Assembly (NCBI RefSeq): GCF_048593235.1 | Contig: NC_133618.1 | Span: 33,080,478-33,144,477, forward strand | Length of the DNA: 64,000 nucleotides | Direction of reading: 5' to 3' | Origin: Sminthopsis crassicaudata | Lineage: Eukaryota | Shown: positions 37,273 through 51,699 of the stretch, piece after piece | How the letters are laid out: every line of letters starts with the position of its first letter | Numbering within the stretch: the first letter of the stretch is position 1 | Made by a program: the position numbers and the translations under genes | Notes under the pieces: generated by a model | The model's database searches: none | The model's input: only the letters and a program-made list of their open reading frames with translations | Told to the model about the DNA's origin: nothing

Positions 37273-40200
37273 TGGGGGCTGATTCAGGGTGAGGGGCATA
37301 TTGTATCTGACTGTTTAAACCCTGCCAGTAGATAGAAAACTCTGTAAATAATGCTTAATTCAATGTTTTTTGAATTATAGTTGAACTAAAAAGCAGCAAG
37401 GCTTCCACTAAGTTTTGATTTTGTTGCATTGAATGACTTTAGATCAATTAACTTTTACTTTCCTCATGGAGGGTAACTTCCTTTCAAGGGGCAGATTAAT
37501 GCTAGCCTACCTTCTGGGGGAAGCAGGAACAAGATTAAGTGATTATAAAAAGTTTGGCAAAAGGAAGTTCTAAGAGAAAAAAGATAGATTTGTATTTTTT
37601 GTCTGTGTATACAAATATATGTATCAATAATATAAAAAGTATCTTCTTCCCAGCTTCTCAAAGTTTTCAGTATGGTATGAACACTCATCTTTACAAGAAT
37701 GTTGAAAGGAAGGGAGGGAGCTATTATTTATAGTTTTTAAATTGGCCAAGTGGGGAGTACCTGCCCGCATTGGTTATTTGAAATCATTAAAAAAAAAAGA
37801 GAGACGACTCTCCTTGCCTTTTGTGGCCAGGAATAGGTACTCACTTTCACTTTGACTTCTCCAAGGGAAGTTTTGGAAGTGGGTGGGTGTACAGTTAATG
37901 GCTACTTTGTTGCCTGATTTTTGTTACAGGCAGTAAAGATAGCTCTGGAAGGTAAGGGAGTGATTGGCTCTCAACATGACAGAAATTGTATTTAAACTCA
38001 AAGTTCAGGGAGAGGGATTTCAAGGTACTGTCTGCACTGTTCTGAAGAGGGTGGAAGGGTTTCCTACTTTTTTTTTTTTTTTTTTTTTTGCAGGGTAACT
38101 GGGGTTAAGTGAGTAGCCTAGGATCACTAGTGTTAAGTGTCTGAGACTGAATTTGAACTCAAATCCTCCGGACTCCAGGTCTCCTGCTCTGTCTACTATA
38201 CCATCTGGCAGTCTCAAGGCTCTGTTTTTTGATAGCTGATCCTGCCCAATGACAAAAATTTTGTCACATCCTGACACATCCAAGGTGATAAGAGTCTGCT
38301 CTCCAGGAGCAAACCTTTTAGCTATCACAGCCTACTATGGAGGGCATGCCTTTTCTTAGGGGCTGATTCAAGGTGAAGGGCATATTATATCTGCTTAGAC
38401 CCTGCCAGTAGATAGAGGATGTTGGGATTCCAAAGGAGACATCACTTTTTATTGATTATAAAAGACATAAACTTGAAGACCAATTCTGATCCAAGGATAT
38501 TTTTGCCTGAATGTCTTGAGCCTGTGATATCGCCTAAAGTTGCCCAGGAAACAGAGACTTTAAGCCCAGGTCTTGGCAACTTTATAGGAAAGAGTAGAAT
38601 TTTTTTCCTCAGTTGTTTCAAGAACTAATGAAAAAGAGTCCTGGGGAGGGAGTCCAACTTGGTGCGAATGGTTTTAAGAGAAGCAATCCAGAACTTAACC
38701 GAGTAATCATTGTCTCCACTGCTTCCTGGGTGCCTTCCCTCTTCACCCTTTTCTTCCAGGAGCCAGGACCCCCAGAACCCACTCAGCTGCTTACAAGCTA
38801 ACATGGCTTAGATAAAGTGAAGCTCCCAGTTTTGTTCCAGTGAGAAGGGTGAGCACCAGTCCTTCCCATCTACTTTGCTAAGGTTCCTATGGGGTTACCA
38901 TGTGAATCCCTAGGCTTTGCCATCTGTCCTTGTGCCATACATTCAGGACTTTCAGGTCTTTCCATCCTGCCAACTAAACTTTTCTTATGTGTCTCCTTTG
39001 ATTGGAGAGCACTGACTCTTGCATTTCCATTTGTATCTCTTCTGCTTAATACAATTTGAGGCACATAGTAAGCTCTTCCCATTCTTTAATGCATTTACTT
39101 TTCATTTCCTTCCAAATGATTATGAGTTTATACATTTATTTATACAATTTATTTTAATAATCCTCAGTGAGGGCAAATTTGGGTTCTTGGAAGGTGGACA
39201 AATGATTTGGGGAAACGGCCAAAAGTCATTTGGAGCCAAGTCTGGGGAACAAGGTGAATGGGCCCATGGGAATATCCTTTTACACAACACACACACCCCA
39301 AGGTGTGAAATGACCAACCTGATTTCCCGAATGCAAACTTGCTCTGATTCACCAGCCTGGTGAAATGTACTGATGTATCCCTAGATAGTTAGAAACTGTG
39401 TATCCCTAGACAAAGAAGCAAATCTAGGGAATAAAGAGAGCCTGAGGATCTGTGTAATTCTAATGACTGGGGTGTGGCCTTGGAGAAAAGAACTAAAACA
39501 CTCCCAGCCCCCCCCCTTTTTTTTTTTTTTTTGGTAGAGGTGAAACCGAGAAACAAAGTAGCAAGAATTCAGCCCATGGAATCTAGAAAGGAGCCTGGGT
39601 TTGATCATAAGCTCCACCATTTATAACCTGTACTATTACTATTAAATTAATGGTTTGGGGGTTCAGTTTCCTTCTTTGCAAAATGGGGGTGGGATGGATG
39701 GGGCTACCCGGCCTCTCAGATTCCTTTCAGCTCCTAGATCCAAGATCCACACTTTGGGGGTGGGTTGTAGCCAAAGCAATTGGTGATTTTGTAACACAGT
39801 TTTTGTGGTGGTGGTTTTCTTCCTCCTCCTCCATCCCCACCCCATTCAAGGTATCTAGAAATGAAAGTTGTTTGTTTTTTGCAAAGATTCTGGGCATCAG
39901 TTAAATTGTAAACCCCACCCCCACCTCTTTTTGTAAATAGACTTTCAAAAAACAAAACACTTTAAGCAATTGTAATAATTCAATTTAATTCTGTAGACAT
40001 TGTGCATCTACATTTGCATGACACTGGGACCTCGGAAGCTGAAAATAAATAGTTCCTGCCCTCGAAGACCTTACATTCCTCTGGCGGGAGGGGGGGGGGG
40101 AGGGGGGGATCTCCCTAGCTCTTAGAAGAACTTTAGAAAGGGTGATTGGCAGGAGAGGCACTTTCCCCTGTTGGGGGTGGGGATGGCCCTGAAGGCTTGG

Positions 40201-42659
40201 GGGCCCATGTTGAATCTTGAGTTGGATTCCAGATGTGGATAAGGGCCTGGGCAAATGCTGGAGGAGGCATGTCAGTCTTGAGCAATGGTTAATACCGTTT
40301 GGCTACAGAAAACTGTGTGAAATGGAATTATATGGAAAAAAAAATCTGGAAAAGTGCATAGTTGGGGCCCATTGATTGGCATCTGAGTTTCCATCATTCT
40401 TGAAGTCATCCTTTTATCCTGGAGTCAATATTGGAGCCACTGAAGGCTTACGAGGAGAGAATGGCCGTTTATCTCATGGATTCTTGAAGATGCTATCCAC
40501 TAGGCTACTGGGGAATTGTGGGTTAGATTGGAATCAGGAAATACAATTGCTACATCATACTCTTACTAGCTGAGCCACTCCAGGAACCTCTTCTAGTCAC
40601 TTTCTCTTCCAGGCTCTGTAAAGTGGGCTGATAATAGTACCAATCTCACAGGATTTGTGAAGGTTAAATTAGAAAATATATGGGGACAGCGAGGTGAGGC
40701 AGGAGATAGAGCACCAGCTCTGAAGTCAGGAGAAGGTGAGTTCAAATGTGGCCTCAGACACTTAATACTTCCTAGCTGTGTGACCCTGGGCAAGTCACTT
40801 AACCCCAATTGTCTCAGGGAAAAAAAATAAAATACATGTAAAGTGTTTTGCCAATCGTCAAAGCTACATGTTAATGTTAGCCATAAATCTCCATGTTTGG
40901 CAAGTTCTTAATCTCTTCATAAAATCATAGATTCAGATCTGATCTTGAATTTAAGAACTATTGATTGTAAACTCTTTTATACAGAGGATTTAAATGACTT
41001 ATCCAGGATCACACAGTAAATTGGGCTATAAATTTAAATCTTGTCTCCAAGTCTAAAAACCCCCTCCCTATTCTAGGCCTTTTTTGTCTCCTAGATTTCT
41101 TCAACTTTCAGGAATTCAATGATCATTTCTATGCAGAGGAATCCCAAGCAGCTCAAATCAACTGGATGCCCCAAAGATACCTAAAACTCAATGTATTCAA
41201 AAAGGAATCTATTTTCTATCACTACACTTTCCTGTTGCCATAGAAACCACCACCCTCCATCCTGCTTGCAACCATTGACATCATTCTTGATTCTCTCCCC
41301 TCTATCACATTCTTCATATTTCATCAGTTGCAAAGTTTTACCAATTTTACCTTCACAATGCATCTATTACTCTTTCTCCATTCTCAGGGCCACCCTGCCT
41401 CAGGCCTTTACCACCCTTAATCTCTAGATTTTAACAGTCACCTCCTAGGACTCCTGGCTTCCAGTTTCTCCTCTCTAATCCACCTTCCTGCAGTTGCCAA
41501 AATATTTCTCCTAGAGTACAGTCTCACCTTGTTATTCCCCTGCTCAGGAATAGCTTGGGCTCTATATTCATTTAAAGCTCTTCTGGCCCCAGCCTATTTT
41601 GCCAGCCTCAATCCCCATTATTCCCCTTCACATATTCTACAAACTCCTGGTTATACTTGTTCTTCCTCTTATATCATATATAACATCCCATCTCCCAGTA
41701 TTTCTCCATCTCCATCTATCTGAGATCCTGGCTACCTTCTATGGTCCGCCTATGTACCACTTCTTTTTTTTCCTTTTCCCTGAGGCAATTGGGGTAAAAT
41801 GACTTGCCCAGGGTCACACAGCTAGGAAGTGTTAAATGTCTGAGGGCAAATTTTGAACTCAGGTCCTCCTGACTTCAGGGCTGGTACTCTATGTATTGTG
41901 CTACCTAATTGCCTCCTATGTACTACTTCTAATGAAAAACCTTTCTAGAATTCACTAGCTCTAAGCCCTCTTTTTGAATGATATCATTTTTTATTATAGA
42001 TAGCAAATCAAATTAACAACCAGCAGCAGCAGCAGCAAGGAAAGAAGTACCCTTGGGCCATGTAAAATTAAATAATCTTGGTCTGAGTCTGGATCTGGAT
42101 CTGGATCTGGTGAGAGAGGCTACAATCTTTGGACCTTGGTGACTCATAAAAGTCTTTCAACACTGAGACCTTCCTACGTAGATTTTCACTTTGAAGAGAG
42201 ACCCCCTCAGATTTAAGGTGAATCAAGTATTGGATAGAAAACCTTCCTCCCCAACCCTATAAAAGGCCAATTGGAAAGTTGGATTCACCCTCCTGGTTCT
42301 GATTCTCTAGTGAGAGTTGGACACAATTCTGATATTCTCTGATTCTAGTTGGGCAGGGGGAGAGGTAGGCATAGATCCATTTGTCATAAAGATCCCCAGT
42401 GGCTGGGCAAGGCAAGGAAGGTTGGTGGGTTATGTCCTTCACCAGCTCCAAGGGACCTGAGCACCAGTGTACTGTCTGCTGCCTGTGTGAATGGGAGTGT
42501 AAACATAGCCCTTTGGGGAACTTCCTATTCTCCAGAGGCACAAACCTACCCATATAACATCCTTTAAAAAAATTTTTTAACCATAATTTTTACTGCTATC
42601 TTTTATTTTTTATACCTTCATTTCCTCATATATACTTGTCCTTTGCCCCACCCAGATTC

Positions 42660-43365
42660 TTTTTAAACTGCCTTTATTTTTATTTTATTAATTTTATAAT
42701 TATAACTTTTTATTGACAGTACATATGCATGGTAATTTTTTACAACATTATCCCTTGCACTCACTTCTGTTCTGAATTTCCCCTCCCTTCCCTCTACCCC
42801 CTCCCCTACATGGCAGGCATTGACATACATATTAAATATCTTATAGTATATCCTAGATACAATATATGTGTGCAGAACCAAATTTCTTGTTGCACAGGAA
42901 GAATTGGATTCAGAAGGTAAAGATAACCTGGGAAGAAAAACAAAAGTGCAAACAGTTTACACTCATTTCCCAGTGTTCCTTCTCTGGGTGTAGCTGATTT
43001 TGTCCATTGTTGATCAATTGAAATTGAATTAGCTCTTCTCTTTGTTGAAGGTATCCACTTCCATCAGAATACATCCTCATACAGTATTGTTGAAGTGTTT
43101 AGTGATATCCTGTTCTGCTCATTTCACTCAGCATCAGTTGATGTCTCTCCAAACCTCTCTGTATTCATCCTGCTGGTCATTTCTTACAGAGCTAGTAATA
43201 TTCCATAACCTTCATATACCATAATTTACCCAACCATTCTCCAATTGATGGACATCCATTCATCTTCCAGTTTCTAGCCACTATGAAAAGGGCTGCCACA
43301 AATATTTTGGTACATACAGGTCCCTTTGCCCTCTTTAGTATTTCCTTGGGATATAAGCCCAGTAG
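42660..43365 (-). mobile_element. LINE-1 3' end (truncated by N-gap)
   Basis: Minus [60 protein letters not shown], plus 3'UTR. Confidence 0.9.
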
Positions 43366-44339
43366 NNNNNNNNNNNNNNNNNNNNNNNNNNNNNNNNNNN
43401 NNNNNNNNNNNNNNNNNNNNNNNNNNNNNNNNNNNNNNNNNNNNNNNNNNNNNNNNNNNNNNNNNNNNNNNNNNNNNNNNNNNNNNNNNNNNNNNNNNNN
43501 NNNNNNNNNNNNNNNNNNNNTTTGCCTCAATTGTTACCTAGCCTTAATCACAATGGGCACAACCTCTGTCAAATGGAGATCTGTTGAAGATCTTAGGTTA
43601 AAAAGGCTGAGATCTTCCATTGCACCAAGGGCCAGCACCAGTCATCCTGATCTCTATCTGGCCACTGGACCCAGATGGCTCTGGAGGGGAAAGTGAGACA
43701 GGTGCCTTTGCCCAGCCCTCCCTCACATCAATTCACTTGTATCTCACAGCATCACCTCCCTAATGTCCTGGTCTTCTTGGAGAATTAAGGACATTATAGC
43801 CCTTTGGCAAAATGTAGGTTCGAGGACACCCCATTTTCTTTGTATTATCCCCATCCCCAGCATAGAGAATTTGGCATGTAATAATTGCTGGATTTGAGGG
43901 TTTCCAGAGTCAGTCTGAGGGATATTTTGAGACAGCTGTGTGGAGGATGGGTTGGAGACGATCCAGGACAATTCCAGAATAGCCTCCAAAGGCCATTTGA
44001 AGGACTGACCCTCATTCTAATGGGGGGAAGCCTGTTTGCTTAAAAGGCAGTCTTTTGTTTTACAGTAATGCTTCAAATCCCAACTTTCAGCATTAGACAG
44101 CTTGCTTGGGAGAAGAATGTTACATAGACTTTGCTTAAGCCAAGTGCCCCTTTCACTGAAGAACAAGGCCAGAGAGAAGGCAAATAGTGTTGCCATGGTC
44201 AGAGAGGGAACCGTTAGAATTTGTGTTCCATCCCAGGGAACCAGGGGTCATGAATGTTTGTTTTGATAGCTGTATTCCAAGAATATGGGCATGCTCAGTA
44301 ATCCTATGTTATTTTATTCATTTAAAAACATTCAGAGAA

Positions 44340-44403
44340 TGAAGCCCCAGGTTTTCCCAGGCAGCCAAAGGAGTCTAGGACACCCAAAGGGTTAAGAACC
44401 CCT
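44340..44403. mobile_element. hAT/Charlie-type MITE terminal remnant
   Basis: ...ggttaagaacccctg end resembles the CAGGGGTTCTTAACC terminal repeats of MER-type elements. Confidence 0.45.
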
Positions 44404-46550
44404 GGCCTATGTCTTGTTTAAACAATACTTCAATACGCCTTTTCAGGTCCTTAACCCCCGTGTTGGCCGGGTAATACAGCTCTGACTGGGCTACATGTCC
44501 TTGGGGCCTCAACTTAAGAAAGCCCCCGGGGTGAAGTCTTCTAGCCCAAATGAAATCTATTAAGTTTCTCTGTATACCATGGGGAGAATCGAGTGGTTGA
44601 GCCAGCCTAATCAACCCAGTAGGCCTCTCCAGTGGTTTCTAATGTTGGCACTAACACCTGAAGTATTTTTGAGGGAAATGGGGAATTTTTTTTTTTTTTT
44701 AATCTTAACACCCTGACTTTGTTTCTATTTGGAGCCAATTCTGAAAGTGCTCAATGAAGAGGTGCATTCTGGGACTAGGGATGACAAGGTATTTGTGCTT
44801 GGAAAGGTGGATAGTCATTCTCTCTTACAGAGTACATTTGTTGAATTCTCCAAGACTTCATTTGGGGTTCTCTTGGCAAAGAGTGGAGTGATTTGCTGTT
44901 TCCTTCTCCAGCTTATTTTACAAACGAGTAAACTGAGGCAAACAGGGTTAAGTGACTTGTCGAAGGTCACCCAGCTAATGCCAGAGTTACATTTGAACTC
45001 AGGATTTCCTCATTCCAGGCCTAGTACTCTACCCTCTGAGTCACCTAATCCCACTAGACTCTAATTTAATTGAGCTTACAAAAGTGTAGCTTTGTTTCCA
45101 ATTGGAAGGTTGCAGATGATCTAAGTGTTTGCCTAGCTCTACTCCTTAGAGGTATGGAGGCCTAGGCCAACCATGGTCTAGGGGGCCTGTTAAGAGTTCT
45201 AACAAAGCTGCTGGGAACCAGTACTAGTGGACTGTGAAGTTCTGATATGAAGGAGCAGTATCATCAGGACAGAGGTTCACTTCCAATCTGTATCACTCAT
45301 CAGAGCCAAACTGGATTCTGGGAAGCAGGTGATACTCCCTGCTCCCATTAAGTGTTCCTGGTAGCCAGATTTTTGTGCCTATTGGGGGGAGTAGGGGGTA
45401 AGAAGGGGAGACACAAATACACTGTAGAAAAACCAAGGACCCATTTCTCAGATTGTAGCCTAGCCCAGATACTGGGAAGAATGCTTAATAGCTAAGAGAT
45501 CTTTTCCTTTGGTACCTTTATTCAAAGAATCTCCAACATACTTTATACATTTAGAGGTGGGAGGTTCAGATGGCAGTCAGGGAGGGGAAGGACAAGGGGA
45601 TCTCTGGGTTCCATCTGGGCAATAGTTTGGGTTCTTGTTTTAAAGAAGAGGGAAGATGAAGGAGCATTAAGTCTCCAATTGGGTAATTATTGCTTATTCA
45701 GCCCCTCCTTTTGTTACTTGGAGAGTGCCGAGTCAGTTGGGAGAGTCTGTAATCTCATTTTCAGTTCTCCTCAAACCTCATCATCTCAGAAGCATCTTGA
45801 CTCCACCGAGATTCTCGTTCTGATGGGCTGGGTCTGGTAGACTTCCTTGGAAAAGGAGGAAGCCTGTAGGGGCATTCTGGAGCCTCACAGATCTTGGGGT
45901 TTTACTGTACATCCTCTCCTTAGGGCTCTTGTGGATAATTGTTTAAAAGTGGTCAAAATGAGAAAACTTACAGCTGTTTAGGCTGAGGTGGTACGAGGCC
46001 CTGGATGTGGGGAGAAGCTCTAGGGTTCTACCTGAGACAGTATCATGGAAATCAAAGGAGGCAAATGGAAGGAAATAGGGCTGAGAAAATGCTCCAGAAG
46101 CTCTGAAGTTTGGTAAGGAGAAACACTTTCCCAAACACAAAAAGCACAAATTTGGAAGAAAGAGGAGGACATGAACCTCCCATGAAAATGGAGTCCATTG
46201 ATTGGCACAATCAGGGCTAAGGGGATCAACCCCTGTGGGTGGGGAAAAGCTCTTCAGGGCGCTCACTGATTGGGGGGCTGCACATCTCATAATTCCAGCT
46301 AGCAGGACACAAGGCCAGAGAAACCCTTTTCTGCAACTCCCAGGCAGCTGTGGTCTGTGTAGAGATGGCAGAGGACACAGCAAAGGAGATGCCAGGGGCT
46401 AACTTGGCAGCGGACACTTCTCCCAAAGCTCCAGCAGCTGAGTGGGGAGGCCAGATCGGGCCTGGAATCCCCAGGATAAAGGGGACAGGGTAACCTCCAG
46501 CTCTGACAATACAAGCCAAGACAGTCCAGTCCCAGGAAAGTCTGCGGCCC

Positions 46551-49443
46551 TCAGGGCCGGCTCTTTCTCTTTGCCATCTCTTCCTGGATTCGAATCTTGA
46601 GGGCCTCTCGCATGGGTGCATCCAGGGGTGTGTGAGCTGAGACCTTCTCACTCACCCTTCCTGGGTCATCATCCTGAGTAGAAGAGGCAAATCACTTCTT
46701 TTTGAGTGTGCAGAGAGAGCAGAGCATTATGGGGCAGGGGCCTAGCACATATTTACTTGTCCCTTCCCCAGATCCTATATACATGTTTCCAGTGACTCCT
46801 GGGTCCCATTCTGAGTTATCCCCTATGGGTGACAGAGGGCATCCTTCCTTCGTTTTTCTGCCCAGGAAACCCAGGTTTCCTACCTCCTCCCCTTCCCAGC
46901 AATGCCCTTCCCATGCTGTACCTGATATACAATGACAGATGTAACTTCCCCGCTGTCTGCTTCGTATTCCAGGCAGAAAAGCTGAAGGCTGGGGGGTTCT
47001 GGGTCTGAGCTGCCGCTACAGCTGCTCTCACTGGACTCCTCATATTCTAGGCTGCATGCAGGGAAGTTTGTATCTGGTACAAGAGAAATCAGTAATGAGA
47101 GGGGAAAGGGGGAAGGGCTAGAATGACTATGGCCAAGGAGACAAGTAGGGGAATGTCCCAGGAAGCATCCTTCCTCACCTGCCCCGAGAACAGTCCAGAG
47201 GTGGGTAGATCTATACCATTCTGAGCCAACCTGATGACTAGTATCCCTACAAAGCTAGGGAGGGACAGACACAGGGGAGTCTGGGTAACTGTTACTAATC
47301 TGTTGACTGATACTGTATAAATCCTTCTCTTTGCCTTTCTTCAAGTCTGTTTCTTCCTATGTAACAATAATAGTATATATTTATGTAGCTATTTGTGTAA
47401 CTGATACATAGTGTTAGATTGTAAAAAGCTCTATTTGATACTTATATCCTTTTGACAAATAAAGACTCAGAGATATTGACATAGCCAATAATTATTAGAG
47501 CAAATGCAAGGCCTTGATTTGAAACCATGTCAGTTGCTCCCGAGTTCTGGTTTACGGTCAAGAAAATAATTTCCACGTTTAGAGGAATTTCATATGTCTA
47601 CTCTATTTCAGATTGCTTGCTGTCTTGGAGAGGGGGAGATAGGGAGAAAAATTTGGAACACAAGGTCTTGCAAAAGTGAATGTTGAAAATTACCTTTGGA
47701 GAAAATTTTTTTTGAGGCTGGGGTTAAGTGACTTGCCCAGGGTCACACAGCTAGGAAGTGTTAAGTGTCTGAGACCAGATTTGAACTCTGGTCCTCCTGA
47801 ATTCAAGGCTGGTGCTCTAACCACTGCGCCACCTAGCTGCCCCCCCTTTTTTTTTTTTAAAAGAAGAAAATAATTTCCTCAGTCATCAAGGAAGGAATAT
47901 ACTAGTTTTGAGGTCAGAGGTCTTGGATGCACATCACACCCATCCTTATGAATTGTGTGGCATAGGTCAAGTCACCCTTCCTGTAAAATCCCTTCCATTT
48001 CTAGAGCTAGGATCCTTTCAAATCAATATAATAACAACAACAATAATAATAAACATCTACTGGCACCTTTTGAAGTGCATCATTATCTCTTTCTATCCTT
48101 ACAACTGCCCTGGGAGACCACCCATGAGTAAACAGATGAGTAAACAGAAGTAGAACCTGCAAATCTAGCTTCCAGGCTTCTCTCACTTCCCAGGCATGAA
48201 ACCTTGGGAGTCGTTGAACCTTTTGGACCATGAGGAATAGAAGGCTGAACTTCACGGCTTTCCATGCCCTGGACCCCCACTACCATCCCCATTTTTTGCA
48301 GGATCCCCCAACTCTGAAGTGACAATAGCAACCCATTTCTCCCCGGCTCTAGCCAGGATCTCATTCCATTGTGTCCTGTCCTGCGTCCTGATCTTAAATA
48401 CAGAGATCCAGGGACTTGCCCAGCGACCCCAGCTAGCTAGGGACTCCGGTGGCCAGGTCCCCTCGAACTCTCTCTCTCACCCCGGCTCCCAGTAGAAGCC
48501 CCCGGCCGGCTCAGTCTCAGTTCTCCTCGTCGTCGGGGTAAGTACACCTGCTGGTCGGGCTTTCGGGGTCTTGTAGGGCCGGGGGTGAGCCGCCTCCGCA
48601 CCTTCTCCTTGGCAGCCTGCTTCATCTTCTTGTCGTAATTATCTCTGCGAGGGGGATTGAGAGGGATGAGAGGAGAGGTCAGGGAACAAGGGGCCCAAGG
48701 AAGGAGGCTTCTCAAGTTAGGGGGCAAGAAGAAGGGAAAGGATGGAGGGGGGGACCTATGTGACAGGTCGACACTAGAGGGATAGAAAGAACCTTGGAGG
48801 AGGGAATGGGGAAGGGGCCTGAGAGCAGAGGTGAGGGCAGGGGTAGGGCTTCAGGGAGAGTGGAGGGACGGGGACAGGAACCCAGGGGCTGGCAGCAGAG
48901 GGAATGAGCCGGGGTAGGGGAGCAGAGGGCAGGGATCCAGACTTTCAAAGGTTAGGGGCAGATCAAGGGGAGGTCAGCTGCAGGAATACAGGCAGGGACC
49001 CAGAGGGAGCAGGGAAGGGTCAGGGCGAGAGGCCGTGGTTTAGGACAGGGGGCAGGGACCCAGGACCAGGGGAAAGTAGAATCGCGACCCCAGTGAGGTA
49101 GGGCGGGGAAGAGGTCGAAAGGCTGAGAAGGACCCGGGGGTACCAGGAGGGGGGGGGGAGGAGAGAGGTAAAAACTGGGTCAAGGACCCCGGGGAGGGAG
49201 CAGGGAAGGGACCAGGGACGAGACCGGGGCTGGGACCCAGGGGTTCTAGAGTCGGGGGAGCGGAGACAGGACCCGGGGGCTGTGGGGAGAGTGGGGGAGG
49301 GGTAGAACCCGGGACAGGGTCCGGGCCCCGCCGCACCGGGCGATCTGGTTCCGCCGGATGTGGTGCACGAAGCCGTGGCTCATATCCAAACGTCCCCCCG
49401 GTTTGCAGCAGCAGCGCCGGCCCGTCCCCGGCTCCGCTTCCAT
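46551..49443 (-). CDS. C2orf68: UPF0561 protein C2orf68 homolog (181 aa; exon 2 extended by 15 codons)
   Basis: Exons 49443-49337, 48644-48481, 47073-46922 and 46673-46551. Protein runs MEAEPGTGRRCCCKPGGRLDMSHGFVHHIRRNQIAR/DNYDKKMKQAAKEKVRRR.../...LFCLEYEADSGEVTSVIVYQ/DDDPGRVSEKV...KSRP*. Confidence 0.9.
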
Positions 49444-51699
49444 TGAGACGCTCCGGGAGCTCGGAAAAAAAAAAAAAAAGCCAACGCCGCCCCCGCCGTA
49501 GGAGCAACCGTCACTGGCGGCCGCGTTCCCTTCCCCCGGCCCCCCTCCCCGTCCCGGCTGGCCCCGCCCCCGCGCGCGGCCCCGCCCCCTCCCCATTCCC
49601 ATTGGCCCTTCTTCTCTCCGCCTCCCCAGCTTGGTCCGGCCCCTTCTCCCCGTGCGCGGGGCTGGGCCCGCCCCTTTGAGAGGCGGGCCTCCCACGTTCT
49701 TTTCCTTCCGAGAGGAAGTCCTATTTACTTTGTATATACTTTGTGTTTACCCTCTTCTCGGGCGTGCTATATAGTCTCTCCACCTAGTGTGAAATAATGA
49801 GTGAATGGGAGAAAAACAGTTATTAAATAACTTCCATGTACCAAACACTGCGGAACAAGGGGCTACATTTAGAAAGGAAATCCCTCAAGAATTCATTAAG
49901 TGGCCAGACACTCCAATAAAAGCTCCAAATGAGAAAAGCGAAAACCTCTTCGCCCAAGGAGCTCACTTTCTAATGGGAGAGAGCATGCAAACCCTATCTA
50001 TATAAAATATACACATTTATGTACATGCATATCTATATGTTACACATATGCGCACGTGTACATATATGTACAAGAGCCTAAGGGCGCAGCTGCAGACTTG
50101 CTGGCAAGTTCCAATAGAACTGCAAATTTCCTGAGATCCTCAGGTCAGAGATTGCCCCCTCTGCTCCCTAAGCAGAGTCCCAGCCCTTTAGTTGGTCATT
50201 TCTCCATCCCTTCCACTTCCATTCTCACAGGGCCAGCTTTGAACTTAGGGATACAGGATTTCAACTTCCATTCTAACACTCTTAATTCAATTTCCTTTAA
50301 GGTACTAGAGAGACAGAGACAGAAAGAAAACAGTGCAAGGATCTTACAATCTATTCATTTTACAAGCAAGAATGTTAAGGCCTAGTCAATAAATCTACAA
50401 ACATCAATCAGTGCCTACTATAGGTCAGATCAAATCACTCTCTTATTAACTCCCGGTGGCTTCTTATTGCTTTTGGGATGTTTGGCATTCAACTCCCCAG
50501 CATATACTCTTTGATTCAGTGCTGAATGCTTCTAAATGTTCTACGAACAGGATCTTCCTTTTTTCAGCTCTCTCCATTTTCTTTGGCTATCCCTTGTGCC
50601 TGAAAAGCTCTCCTTTCTCTGTTTTGACCTTCTTGGCTTCCAATAAGTCTCAGATAAAAATTTTACTTTCTGCAAGAAGCCTTTTCTAACTTTTCTGGAT
50701 TCCGAAGCTTTCCCTCTTTTAATTATTTCCTATTTATCCTATAGATCCCTTGCTTTGTATGTATTTGTTGTCTGTTCCCTTAAGCTGCTTCAGGGGAGGA
50801 CTGTATTTTGTCTCTATCTCAAGTACTTAGCACAGTACTTGGCACTAGTTTAATGAATACAAGTTTAATGAATTGAACTAAATCATTAGTTTGGGACTGA
50901 TTTATTGTTTTGAAACATAAGCATAAGTTGTTTGCCGAGAGTCCTCACCTCCTTTTATGAAATGGTCCACTATCCTTATGATCCTTTGTAATTCATTAAG
51001 AACATATATTTATAAGGACAGCAGATAGAATGCCCAGATTGAAGTCAGGAAAACTCATCTTCTTGAGTCCCAATTTGTCCTCAATCCCGTCCTAGCTGTG
51101 TGATCCTAAACTACTTTACCATGTTTGCCTCAGTTTCCTCATCTGTAAGAGAAGCTGGAGAAGAAAATGGCAAGCTACTCCTGTATCTCTGCCAAGAACT
51201 CCCCAAATGAGATCACTATCAGACGAGGCTGAAAACGACTTAATCCAAATCCCTATATCTTTTGTTTTTGATTCAGTGGAGTCTTCAGGCTCTCCTGTGA
51301 TTAATTGCTGTAGGATGGGTTGGACTCCTATCTTTATTAGTCATAATTCTAGAGATAGAAAAGACTTTAAACACCATTTAGTTCAATCCCCTTGTTTTCC
51401 AGAGGGTAAACTGAGACCCGGAGAAGATGAGTCCTGGTGTACCAACAGTAAATGTCAGCATCCTTCCCACGGCATTATGCAGGCTCATGGTCAGACTCAA
51501 TGCCAAAACTGGGTCGTGGCTGTGCTGTTCTTTTGTGGGGGAACTGTGATTTCACTGGGCTTGGGAACTGCCTGACAATTACTGTCAATTTCGGGTGTTG
51601 CATTAAGTAACCGATCATTCACAATCTTTGCTTGTTTCTGTTTCATGTCACATACTAATCTTTATCATTTTCCAAGCGCTCTTGCTCCTACATTTTTTT

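Noticed and set aside
44375-44614. Minus ORF IQRNLIDFIW... faintly resembling Tx1/L1 reverse transcriptase
   Set aside because: Similarity is short and weak, it is bounded by stops, and its tail derives from a MITE terminal repeat. It cannot be supported without an HMM search.
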